Part shown: positions 11,356 to 20,086 of the stretch, piece by piece
Layout: each line of letters starts with the position of its first letter
Position numbering within the stretch: the first letter of the stretch is position 1
Assembly: GCA_902564025.1 (NCBI GenBank)
Contig: CACEZK010000002.1
Span: 15,227-79,226, forward strand
Reading direction: 5' to 3'
Length of the DNA stretch: 64,000 bases
DNA from: an uncultured Pelagibacteraceae bacterium
Lineage (GTDB): Bacteria; Pseudomonadota; Alphaproteobacteria; Pelagibacterales; AG-422-B15
Notes under the pieces: model-generated
Database searches by the model: none
What the model was told of the DNA's origin: nothing
What the model saw: only the letters and a program-made list of their open reading frames with translations
Program-made: the position numbers and the translations under genes

Positions 11356-11431
11356 TGGTGGCTCGAGGTGGAATTGAACCACCGACACAAGGATTTTCAG
11401 TCCTTTGCTCTACCAACTGAGCTATCGAGCC
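11356..11431 (-). tRNA. tRNA-Phe (anticodon GAA), encoded CCA
   Basis: Reverse complement: GGCTCGA TA GCTC AGTTGGTA GAGC A AAGGA CTGAAAA TCCTT GTGTC GGTGG TTCAATT CCACC TCGAGCC A CCA. Confidence 0.93.
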
Positions 11432-11500
11432 ATTTAATTAGTGATCCTAGTCTTTTATTCTATAACATTAATTCGTGCAAAGAAAATATTCTGCATACAG

Positions 11501-11857
11501 TTAATCCAGAAAAACCTTTAATCTACTGATTAATTGGTCAACATTATCAAATGAATTCATCTCATGGGAATTAATTATTAATTTAAATTCATCCTTCTCA
11601 TTAATAAAAACACATGGTAGCTCTGTTTTATCATCAACAAAATCAAGTTCTTTTAGATGATCAATATAGTAAAATCGGCTATGTGCATTTATATTATTAA
11701 GAAATTCTTTCCACTTTATTTCTTTACCTAAATTATTGTATGTAATTGAGCATAAGTTGCAGTCATAAGTTTTTGGCGATATTATTTTATGCGCCCAATC
11801 TATAAAGGCATTTCCGATACCACTTTTTGCATTATAAATAAAAATTAATTCAATCAT
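11501..11857 (-). CDS. Hypothetical protein (possible thioredoxin-fold, CxLC motif)
   Basis: 118 aa ORF whose start overlaps the maf stop by 4 nt. Contains YDCNLCSITY. No family recognised with confidence. Confidence 0.5.
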   Translation of the reverse strand: MIELIFIYNAKSGIGNAFIDWAHKIISPKTYDCNLCSITYNNLGKEIKWKEFLNNINAHSRFYYIDHLKELDFVDDKTELPCVFINEKDEFKLIINSHEMNSFDNVDQLISRLKVFLD

Positions 11858-12420
11858 TTATATCCAGCTGAAATAAGGAGATTTTTGACTTCAAATAAGG
11901 GTAAACCGACTACATTTGAGTAAGATCCATTTAGGGATTTGATAAAAGACTCTGCCATCCCTTGAATTTTATATGACCCTGCAACACCTTGCCAGTCATT
12001 AGTTTTCATATAATCTTCTATATCTTGACCGCTTAATACTTTAAAACTAACAACTGTCGTAACGGTTTTTTTAAATATTCTATTTTCTAGATTTCTTATA
12101 CAAATGGAAGTGCTGACTCTATGTCTTTTTCCCGATAGTCGAAGTAAGTTTTTATAAGCAATATTTTCGTCATCTGTTTTATCTATGAGTTTTCTACCAG
12201 TATAGGCAATCGTATCAGCAGTTAAAATTACTGAGTCTTTATACTTATTTTGAAAATATTTTAGTTTCTCATGTGCTATACGTTTACAATATTGAAGAGG
12301 TAGCTCATTACTTTTAATGGACTCATCTATATTTGGGGAAACTATCTCACTTGGATTAATGTTAAGTTTTGCCAATAACTCAAGTCTTCGTGGAGATGCG
12401 CTGCCTAGAATTAGCTTCAA
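11854..12420 (-). CDS. maf: Maf-like nucleoside triphosphate pyrophosphatase
   Basis: 188 aa. N-terminal LILGSASPRRLELL and GSYKIQG motifs. Confidence 0.9.
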   Translation of the reverse strand: MKLILGSASPRRLELLAKLNINPSEIVSPNIDESIKSNELPLQYCKRIAHEKLKYFQNKYKDSVILTADTIAYTGRKLIDKTDDENIAYKNLLRLSGKRHRVSTSICIRNLENRIFKKTVTTVVSFKVLSGQDIEDYMKTNDWQGVAGSYKIQGMAESFIKSLNGSYSNVVGLPLFEVKNLLISAGYK

Positions 12421-12432
12421 AATAATCTCAAA

Positions 12433-12651
12433 CTACTTATATCGAAATATTATTCTGCCTTTGGTTAGATCGTAAGGTGTAACCTGAACAAGAACCTCAT
12501 CCCCGGCAAGTACTCTGATTCTATTTTTTCTCATTCTTCCTGCTGTATGTGCTAATACTTCATGGCCATTTTCTAACTCTACTTTAAACATTGCGTTGGG
12601 AAGTAAATCTGTAACCTTACCCTTGAACTCTAATATTTCTTCTTTTGACAT
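12433..12651 (-). CDS. infA: Translation initiation factor IF-1
   Basis: 72 aa. ...[56 protein letters not shown]. Confidence 0.97.
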   Translation of the reverse strand: MSKEEILEFKGKVTDLLPNAMFKVELENGHEVLAHTAGRMRKNRIRVLAGDEVLVQVTPYDLTKGRIIFRYK

Positions 12652-12654
12652 AAA

Positions 12655-13950
12655 TTATTTTTTTGTAAGCCTATATTCTATTGATCTTGAATGCCCGTCA
12701 AGACCTTCATTATCTGCGATTTTAATAGCACTATCTCCAACTTGTTCAATACCTTCTTTTGAAAATTCAACAAGTGATATTTTTTTGAGAAAATCAAAAA
12801 CAGATAGTCCAGAAGAAAATTTAGCACTTCTAGAAGTGGGAAGTACATGGCTTGGACCTGCTAAATAGTCTCCAAGTGCCTCAGGTGTGTTACGGCCCAT
12901 AAAAACTGCTCCAGCATTTTTTATTCTTTTAAGAATATCTTCCGGATTATCAACTAATAATTCCAAGTGTTCTGGTGCTAATTTATTAGATAATAAAACA
13001 GCTTCTTCAAGATTTTGAGTGATAATTATCTTTCCATTATTTTCCCAGCTTGAAGCCGCTATATCCTTTCGAGGAAGGGAATCTATCTGGTTCTCAACTT
13101 CTTTATTTACAGCATCTCCTAATTTCTGATCAGTTGTTAAAAGTATACTTTGTGCGCTTTGGTCATGTTCAGCTTGAGCAATGAGGTCGGCTGCAACAAT
13201 TTTTGGATCATTTTTTTCATCAGCAATAATGACTACCTCTGATGGGCCGGCAAACATATCGATGCCTATGAAACCTGAAACTTGTCTTTTCGCTTCAGCA
13301 ACATAAATATTGCCTGGTCCAACAATTTTATTAACAGATTTTATGGTCTTGGTTCCATATGCCAGAGCAGCAACAGCCTGGGCACCTCCTATACAGTATA
13401 TTTTTTTTATTCCACAAATTTTTGCGGCATATAACACTGAAGAACTTATAGCGGTATTAGTCATTGGTGTAACCATGGTGATATCTTCAACACCGGCTAC
13501 AACCGCTGGTATTGTGTTCATAATTACTGTACTTGGATAACTTGCAGTACCACCTGGGACATAAACACCCACTGACTCAACTGGACGCCAAACATATCCT
13601 AACTTTGAGTTAAGATTGTCTTCATAAACTAAATCATTCGGTAATTGCTTTTCATGATAAGTGCGAACACGATCCATTGATACTTTAAGCGCATCACAAA
13701 GATCACTCGGCACGTCACGTGATTGCCTTTCAATTTCATCTTCTTCAAGCAGTATGTTGTTAATATCAAGGCTATTTTTATCAAATTGATGAGTATATTT
13801 CAAAAGCGCTTCATCTCCGTTTTTTCTAATATCGTCAATGATCGCTGCCACAGTCTGAGTAACGTCCGAGTCACTTGATCTGTTCATTGTGAGAAGATTA
13901 TTAAAATCATTCTCAAAATTTTGATCTACAGAATTAATTATTTTTGTCAT
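12655..13950 (-). CDS. hisD: Histidinol dehydrogenase
   Basis: 431 aa. AGPSEV..IAD, QAEHD and GPSHVLPT motifs. Confidence 0.95.
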   Translation of the reverse strand: MTKIINSVDQNFENDFNNLLTMNRSSDSDVTQTVAAIIDDIRKNGDEALLKYTHQFDKNSLDINNILLEEDEIERQSRDVPSDLCDALKVSMDRVRTYHEKQLPNDLVYEDNLNSKLGYVWRPVESVGVYVPGGTASYPSTVIMNTIPAVVAGVEDITMVTPMTNTAISSSVLYAAKICGIKKIYCIGGAQAVAALAYGTKTIKSVNKIVGPGNIYVAEAKRQVSGFIGIDMFAGPSEVVIIADEKNDPKIVAADLIAQAEHDQSAQSILLTTDQKLGDAVNKEVENQIDSLPRKDIAASSWENNGKIIITQNLEEAVLLSNKLAPEHLELLVDNPEDILKRIKNAGAVFMGRNTPEALGDYLAGPSHVLPTSRSAKFSSGLSVFDFLKKISLVEFSKEGIEQVGDSAIKIADNEGLDGHSRSIEYRLTKK

Positions 13951-14356
13951 TCTCTATTTTTTCAATATTCCAGGGTTCACCCTGATCTTCTAACTTGCAT
14001 CTTATTATTTCAGTTTCGAGCTTTATAATTGCATCATTTTTGAAAAGCAATTCAATTTCTATATTTTTAGAATTGTTAGGATAATAATTAAAAGTTACGA
14101 GTTCTAGTGTCTTATTTTTGTTCAATTGGTCTATATTTTTTGAGTAAACCGATAAAACATCTTCAAAGCTTAGTACTGCTTTTATTCTTTGATCTACTTT
14201 ATTTACTATTTTTTCCTCCCACATAAATCTAGTAATCATAAGAAAAAATGACCTAATTGATGGCAAATATTTGATATCGTTTACTTCAATAAGTCCGTCT
14301 TGAAGTATGGTTGAGATAATTTTTAGCTCGTCAGTATCAATTGCATTAAGATTCAT
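13934..14356 (-). CDS. DUF2948-like conserved alphaproteobacterial protein
   Basis: An ORF between murA and hisD, a position typical of alphaproteobacteria. The likely start is the internal MNLNAIDTDELK, which avoids overlap with murA. The track ORF extends to 14392. Confidence 0.55.
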   Translation of the reverse strand: MNLNAIDTDELKIISTILQDGLIEVNDIKYLPSIRSFFLMITRFMWEEKIVNKVDQRIKAVLSFEDVLSVYSKNIDQLNKNKTLELVTFNYYPNNSKNIEIELLFKNDAIIKLETEIIRCKLEDQGEPWNIEKIENDKNN

Positions 14357-14361
14357 TGATC

Positions 14362-15624
14362 CTAATTTATTCTCCGAATATCTGCACCACAAGCTTGCAA
14401 TTTTTTCTCTATTTTCTCATAACCTCGATCAAGATGATAAATTCGGTTCAATGTTGTTTCACCTTTAGCAACCAATCCAGCTAAAATTAAACTTACCGAG
14501 GCCCGTAAATCAGTTGCCATGACTTGAGCTGAAATAAACCCTTTGCATGGATTAATAATTGCTGTTTTCCCTTTGGTTTCAATATTAGCGCCCATACGGT
14601 TTAGTTCTGGAACATGCATGAATCTGTTTTCAAAAATGTTTTCGGTTATTTGTGATTTAGATTTTCCAAGAGATAATAAAACCATCATTTGTGCTTGTAC
14701 ATCAGTTGGGAACCCTGGATATTCCATTGTATTAATATCAATACCATCAGAGATCTCGGATTGATTAACAATAATGCTATTCTCACCCATTGAGTAATTA
14801 ATAGATAGCTCATTCAATAATTCCAATACATTGCTGATATGCTCAAGGTTCAGATTTGTAATCTTGAGATCGTTACCAATTATAGTTCCTCCAATTATAT
14901 ATGTGATTGCTTCTATGCGATCAGGGATAATTGAGTGGACAGCACCTTGAAGCTGGTCAACGCCTTGAATGTGAACATTTCTGTTTTCTCCTAATTCAAT
15001 TTTAGCGCCCATCTTATTAAGACAGTCAATAAGATCCATAACCTCAGGCTCAACTGCGATATTTCTAATTTCACTTTCTCCTCGAGCAAGCGATGCAGCC
15101 ATAATTATGTTTTCAGTAGCTCCTACTGATACTTTTGAAAAATTAATTTTATTTCCTTTTAAGCCATTAGGCGCGCTACATTTAATATATCCACCATCTA
15201 ATTCAAATGCTGCGCCAAGTTTCGTTAATGCATCTATGTGCAAATCTACTGGTCGAGCACCTATTGCGCACCCCCCTGGAAGAGATACGCTAGCGTGCCT
15301 TTTACGTGCAAGTAATGGCCCAAGAACTAATATACTAGCCCTCATCTTTCTAACTAAATCATACTCCGCTATTGTACTTTCAGAGTCTGCATAACGAAGT
15401 GTAAGATGATTTGTATTAACATCTTTTTTTGTAACATTGACACCAAGCGATGATAAAACTGCTGACATTGTATTTACATCAACTAAATCAGGTACGTTTT
15501 CGAGTTCTAAATTTTCATTAGTAAGAATACTTGCAGCCATTATTGGGAGAGATGCATTTTTTGATCCACTGACAGGAACAGAACCCTGGAGAAGGTTTCC
15601 TCCATTTATCAATATCTTTTGCAT
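14362..15624 (-). CDS. murA: UDP-N-acetylglucosamine 1-carboxyvinyltransferase
   Basis: 420 aa. L.GSVPVSGSKNASLPIMAA and the active-site loop PGGCAIGARPVDLH. Confidence 0.96.
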   Translation of the reverse strand: MQKILINGGNLLQGSVPVSGSKNASLPIMAASILTNENLELENVPDLVDVNTMSAVLSSLGVNVTKKDVNTNHLTLRYADSESTIAEYDLVRKMRASILVLGPLLARKRHASVSLPGGCAIGARPVDLHIDALTKLGAAFELDGGYIKCSAPNGLKGNKINFSKVSVGATENIIMAASLARGESEIRNIAVEPEVMDLIDCLNKMGAKIELGENRNVHIQGVDQLQGAVHSIIPDRIEAITYIIGGTIIGNDLKITNLNLEHISNVLELLNELSINYSMGENSIIVNQSEISDGIDINTMEYPGFPTDVQAQMMVLLSLGKSKSQITENIFENRFMHVPELNRMGANIETKGKTAIINPCKGFISAQVMATDLRASVSLILAGLVAKGETTLNRIYHLDRGYEKIEKKLQACGADIRRIN

Positions 15625-15631
15625 GAACGAT

Positions 15632-16186
15632 TTAAAGCTTAGGTAAAGTAACCCCTGTTTGCATCATATATTTACCTTTACGATCTTTATATGAAACTTC
15701 TGGTGGCGCTTCTCCCTTATAGAATAAAAACTGGCACGCTCCCTCATTAGCATAAATTTTTGCAGGTAATGGAGTTGTATTAGAAAATTCTAAAGTTACG
15801 TGACCCTCCCACTCTGGCTCAAGAGGAGTAACATTTACGATAATGCCACATCTTGCATAAGTTGATTTTCCTAAACAAACTACAAGAACATCGCGAGGAA
15901 TTCTAAAATACTCAACGGTTCTTGCTAATGCAAATGAGTTAGGTGGAATTATGCATTCTTTACCTGGCCGATCTACAAACCCTTTATCATCAAAGTTTTT
16001 TGGATCGACTAAAGCAGAATCTACATTAGTAAAAATTTTAAATTCTTCTGAAACTCTTGCATCGTATCCATATGATGAAAGACCAAATGAAATTGTGCCT
16101 TCTTTTTTTTGTCCATCAACGAACGGTTCAATCATTCCTTCTTCCAAGGCTTTTTTCTTTATCCAGTTATCCGACATGATTGTCAT
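15632..16186 (-). CDS. dcd: dCTP deaminase
   Basis: 184 aa. MSDNWIKK..., GLSSYGYD, and the conserved C-terminal Y.D..GKY..Q. Confidence 0.95.
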   Translation of the reverse strand: MTIMSDNWIKKKALEEGMIEPFVDGQKKEGTISFGLSSYGYDARVSEEFKIFTNVDSALVDPKNFDDKGFVDRPGKECIIPPNSFALARTVEYFRIPRDVLVVCLGKSTYARCGIIVNVTPLEPEWEGHVTLEFSNTTPLPAKIYANEGACQFLFYKGEAPPEVSYKDRKGKYMMQTGVTLPKL

Positions 16187-16187
16187 A

Positions 16188-16322
16188 TTAATCTTCTTTC
16201 TTTTGCCTTCTTTGAAACTCTTTTCTTTTTCTTAAATTTTGCCTTAGTGCCTCAGCAAGCCTTTCTGTGCTGTCGAGCTTTTTATCCTTTTGCTCTTCCT
16301 TCGAGGAATTGTTTGATTTCAT
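16188..16322 (-). CDS. Possible 44-aa basic small protein (unlisted ORF)
   Basis: Own translation: [44 protein letters not shown]. Its stop TAA lies 1 nt before the dcd ATG. It overlaps the 3' end of the 73-aa ORF in another frame. Confidence 0.25.
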   Translation of the reverse strand: MKSNNSSKEEQKDKKLDSTERLAEALRQNLRKRKEFQRRQKKED

Positions 16323-16503
16323 CTTTATTTAACCCTGCTTTTTTTAATTCTTTGATGAGCTTTTCTTCTTCTTTTTTATCCGTGTTATCAGAAAACTTAG
16401 CCTCACGTTTCTGCTGCTTGGCCATCGCTCTCTCCCCACGTTTTGATTTATAATCGTGATGAATACCCATAATTAACTCCATGAATTGCGCTACTTTATA
16501 CAA
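16282..16503 (-). CDS. Small Lys/Glu-rich hypothetical protein
   Basis: 73-aa ORF. The true start may be the internal MGIHHDYKSKRGERAMAKQQ. No family recognised. Confidence 0.4.
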   Translation of the reverse strand: MYKVAQFMELIMGIHHDYKSKRGERAMAKQQKREAKFSDNTDKKEEEKLIKELKKAGLNKDEIKQFLEGRAKG

Positions 16504-16555
16504 TATTTAATGGATTCTCTAGTAAAAACAAGGGACGCTCATTCCCAGTTATCTG

Positions 16556-17725
16556 CTACTCTTTTATGAATAAATCGCTTGAGAAATCTGAAAACTTTTC
16601 TGAGCCACTTTCTGTAACACGTAATGAGTGACTTGCCTCTACTCCCCAATCACCAAATTGCATAACAGCAATCATATGAAAGGTTACGTTTGGTTGTAAA
16701 ATAGTTGGATCACCTTTTGATATGTTTATTGTGTGCTCACCCCAATCAGGTGGATAACCAATTCCAATGGAGTATCCAGTCCGAGATTCCTTTTTGATAT
16801 CGTATTTATCTAATACTGCCCAAAATTTTTGCGCAACATCATCTGCTGTATTGCCTGGCTTTATGGCTGATATACCCTCATTTAGCGCCTCATTAGTTGC
16901 ATTTATGGCGTCAATTTTTTTTTGTTCTGCTTTTCCAAGCAGAACTGTTCTTGCAAGTGGTGCATGATACCTTTTATAAACACCGGCAATTTCAATTATT
17001 GTTGCTTCGCCCTTAACAAATCTTTCCTGCGTAGCCGTTAGATGTGAGGCAGAAGTTCCAGCTCCTGTTGGAAGTAAAGTTGCTATGCTTGAATATTCTC
17101 CTCCATACTCTGGAGTTCCATAAAACATTGCTTTTTGTATCTCTCCAACAGCATCACATTGTCTAACACCTGGATTGATAACATCAATTGCAGTTTGCAT
17201 TGATGTATCAGTAATTAAAGCAGCGTTTTTCATTAGATCAATTTCTGCATCTGATTTCACAAATCGTACCCAATTCACAAGGCGCTCACAATCTTTCAGT
17301 GTGGCATCAGGAAGCCCGTCTAATAATTTTTTATAACAAAATGCTGTGAAATAATGACTGTCCATTTCAAGTCCAATTGAAAGTTTGTCCCAATTTTTAT
17401 TTTTAATTATTTCAATCAAATAATCATAAGGATGATTTGGCCATGTATGTATATATTTTTCAGCGTATACAATTATATTTTCTTGTGACCAGCAGTTTTG
17501 AAGGAATGCCCCTCCAGCATCTTGATCACGTACGAAAAGTAAAGGTTCTTCTGAGTCTACATGTATAATTACACATTGAGCGTAATAAAAAGACCATGCA
17601 TCATAACCGGTAAGGTAATTTATGTTTGCTGTATCTTGAGAGACTAATAAATCAATACCCTTTTCTTGCATTGATTTTTTTACTTTATTTAGTCTCTCAA
17701 TATACTCACTTTTAGAAAATATCAT
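16556..17725 (-). CDS. M24-family peptidase/hydrolase (creatinase/Xaa-Pro peptidase/ectoine-hydrolase-like)
   Basis: 389 aa. Creatinase-type N-terminal domain plus a pita-bread C-terminal fold (IIEIAGVYKRYHAPL, TGYSIGIGYPPDWGEH). The start overlaps the upstream M20 gene by 1 nt. Confidence 0.8.
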   Translation of the reverse strand: MIFSKSEYIERLNKVKKSMQEKGIDLLVSQDTANINYLTGYDAWSFYYAQCVIIHVDSEEPLLFVRDQDAGGAFLQNCWSQENIIVYAEKYIHTWPNHPYDYLIEIIKNKNWDKLSIGLEMDSHYFTAFCYKKLLDGLPDATLKDCERLVNWVRFVKSDAEIDLMKNAALITDTSMQTAIDVINPGVRQCDAVGEIQKAMFYGTPEYGGEYSSIATLLPTGAGTSASHLTATQERFVKGEATIIEIAGVYKRYHAPLARTVLLGKAEQKKIDAINATNEALNEGISAIKPGNTADDVAQKFWAVLDKYDIKKESRTGYSIGIGYPPDWGEHTINISKGDPTILQPNVTFHMIAVMQFGDWGVEASHSLRVTESGSEKFSDFSSDLFIKE

Positions 17726-18888
17726 TAATCATTAAGTCTTTCTTCAACAAGTTTAGACCAAAATGATGAACCAATGACAAGAAGCTTGTCGTTAAAATCA
17801 TAATTTGAAGAATGTAAAGATTGTCCATGAGTTCCTTCTGTTCCATTTCCAATTAAAATATAGCATCCAGGCTTAACCATTAGCATCTGGGCAAAATCCT
17901 CAGAAAATAATTTTGGATCACAATTTCCATCTACTTTATCCTCTCCAAATAGGTCAGCTGCAACCTTACTTGCAAAAGCTGCTTGATCTTTAGAATTAAT
18001 TGTCATGTTTGTTCTTGTGAGGTAGTTGAAATCATAATCAACACCATGTGCTTTCGCCGTTCCATCTACAATATCTTTCATGCTGCGTTCAATAATTTGA
18101 TTGGCTTCTGGTGACAACGCACGTGCATCACCTGAAATGATAGAATGACCGGGTAGTATATTTTCATTGCCATCAGACTCAAATTTTGTGACTGAAACAA
18201 CACCATTCATAGCTGGATTAATTTTTCTCGAAACAATTGATTGAAGAGCTGTTATTATTTGAGTGCCTACTGTAATAGTATCAACACCCATGTGTGGCAA
18301 GGCTGAATGACCTCCCTGACCTCTTAATTCAATTTTAAATAAACTTTCGCTTGCAGTGATAGTTCCTGCTCTTGTTGCAAAGGTTCCAAGTTCCATACCA
18401 GGCAAATTATGAAAAGCATATACCTCATCCATTGGGAACTTTTCAAACAGCCCATCATCTATCATTGCTTGAGCTCCCTGAGTTTTTTCTTCATCAGGTT
18501 GAAAAATAAAATAAACAGTTCCGTTAAAATTTTTTGTATTACATAAATATTTAGCCGCACCTAGAGCCATTGCTGTATGACCATCGTGACCACACGCATG
18601 CATTTTACCTTCGTGATTGGACTTATACGTGCAGTCATTTTCCTCTGTTACCGGTAATGCATCCATATCTGCTCGAATACCAATACTTTTATTACTGTTT
18701 CCATTTTTGAGAACAGCAACAATTCCGGTCTTACCTATGCCTTCATGTACTTCCAGTCCAAAACTCTTTAAAATATTTGCAACTTTTGATGAGGTTATAT
18801 CTAAGTCAAAATTTAGCTCAGGATGCGCATGAAAATCATGACGCCACTCAAGCATTTCCTTCTCATAATTTTGTGTAACTGAATTCAT
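17725..18888 (-). CDS. M20D-family amidohydrolase (hippurate hydrolase / N-acyl-amino acid amidohydrolase-like)
   Basis: 387 aa. WRHDFHAHPEL, RADMDALP and MHACGHDGH motifs. Confidence 0.85.
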   Translation of the reverse strand: MNSVTQNYEKEMLEWRHDFHAHPELNFDLDITSSKVANILKSFGLEVHEGIGKTGIVAVLKNGNSNKSIGIRADMDALPVTEENDCTYKSNHEGKMHACGHDGHTAMALGAAKYLCNTKNFNGTVYFIFQPDEEKTQGAQAMIDDGLFEKFPMDEVYAFHNLPGMELGTFATRAGTITASESLFKIELRGQGGHSALPHMGVDTITVGTQIITALQSIVSRKINPAMNGVVSVTKFESDGNENILPGHSIISGDARALSPEANQIIERSMKDIVDGTAKAHGVDYDFNYLTRTNMTINSKDQAAFASKVAADLFGEDKVDGNCDPKLFSEDFAQMLMVKPGCYILIGNGTEGTHGQSLHSSNYDFNDKLLVIGSSFWSKLVEERLND

Positions 18889-18898
18889 ACGGAATAAT

Positions 18899-20041
18899 TT
18901 ATAATTTTTTTCTTAGCCAGCTGTGAAATCTTTTAATTTCATACTCTTCAGGCATTAATGTTCCGTTTTTTCTTGTTGGATTATGTATGCCTTTTTGATT
19001 CAGTTCGCAAGCTTCTGCATCTTGTTTCATGACTAATACAGCAAAATCAACAACATTTTTCATTGAATATTTTTTATCCTTAAGAGTTTCTTTTCTAAAT
19101 ACCCACTCTGCTGTAACTTCTGTAAGTTCCTCTGATAAAGGAAGAATACGAACCATTCTTATATGGTCAGTAAATATTGCTAAAAACATAGAAGGCCAAG
19201 TAGTCATGTAAATGTAACCAGGAAAATCGGTTTGATTTTCCAAGTACTCTACTCGATGACCTTGTGCGCTTCCATTCATTGACCAAGTTTCAGTACCTTT
19301 TTTCATTCCACCTTTATACTTTGGATCATCATAATGAGTGAAACGTTTCCAGTTTGGATCATCTTTAATATCTACTAACCTTCTTCCATAAATAGGGACT
19401 AGGTCAGATAGTTCAGGATGAAGATTGGGACAATGTAAACATTCACTATAATTTTCCCAAAATATTTTCCAATTACACTTAATTTGCTTCTTCCAGGTAT
19501 GACCTATTTTATAGTCACTGACATTGAGTTGAGAAAAAGCATCGCTGTAATCTGGAAAAACTTTTTTTGCATTCCATTTAGCGTTTTTATTCATGTTAAT
19601 AAAAACTAACCCATTCCAAACTTTAATTTTTACTTTTATTAGACAATTTTCATCTTTTCTAAAATTTTTAGGATCAATAATAGATGTAGTTCTAACTAAA
19701 TTTCCATTGCTGGCGTTATATGACCATTGATGGTATGGGCAAACTAGTAAATTTGATTTTAGTTTGCCACTTTTTTCTTTTTTTAAAATTGAACCTCGAT
19801 GACTACATGAATTATAAAAAGCATTTATTTCTCCTTCTTTATCACGAACAATAAGTATATTAAATTTGCTAATTTCAACTGTGTGAAAAGATAAAGGTTT
19901 TGAAATAGTATCCACGTGGCAAACATATAGCCACTCTTTAGACAAAACTTTTGAAATCTCTTTATCAAATTGCTTTTGATTGAAATACCAATTTAAAGGT
20001 AGAGATTTTTCAGTTTTTTTTAAAATATATCCTTCTGACAT
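18899..20041 (-). CDS. Rieske [2Fe-2S] non-haem iron oxygenase, alpha-subunit type
   Basis: 380 aa. Rieske motif CSHRGS...CPYHQWSY, with a C-terminal catalytic domain (NYSECLHCPNLHP). Confidence 0.85.
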   Translation of the reverse strand: MSEGYILKKTEKSLPLNWYFNQKQFDKEISKVLSKEWLYVCHVDTISKPLSFHTVEISKFNILIVRDKEGEINAFYNSCSHRGSILKKEKSGKLKSNLLVCPYHQWSYNASNGNLVRTTSIIDPKNFRKDENCLIKVKIKVWNGLVFINMNKNAKWNAKKVFPDYSDAFSQLNVSDYKIGHTWKKQIKCNWKIFWENYSECLHCPNLHPELSDLVPIYGRRLVDIKDDPNWKRFTHYDDPKYKGGMKKGTETWSMNGSAQGHRVEYLENQTDFPGYIYMTTWPSMFLAIFTDHIRMVRILPLSEELTEVTAEWVFRKETLKDKKYSMKNVVDFAVLVMKQDAEACELNQKGIHNPTRKNGTLMPEEYEIKRFHSWLRKKL

Positions 20042-20086
20042 GCTTGTAAAAATTTTATACCCTTATATTGTCTATGACTAGATATT

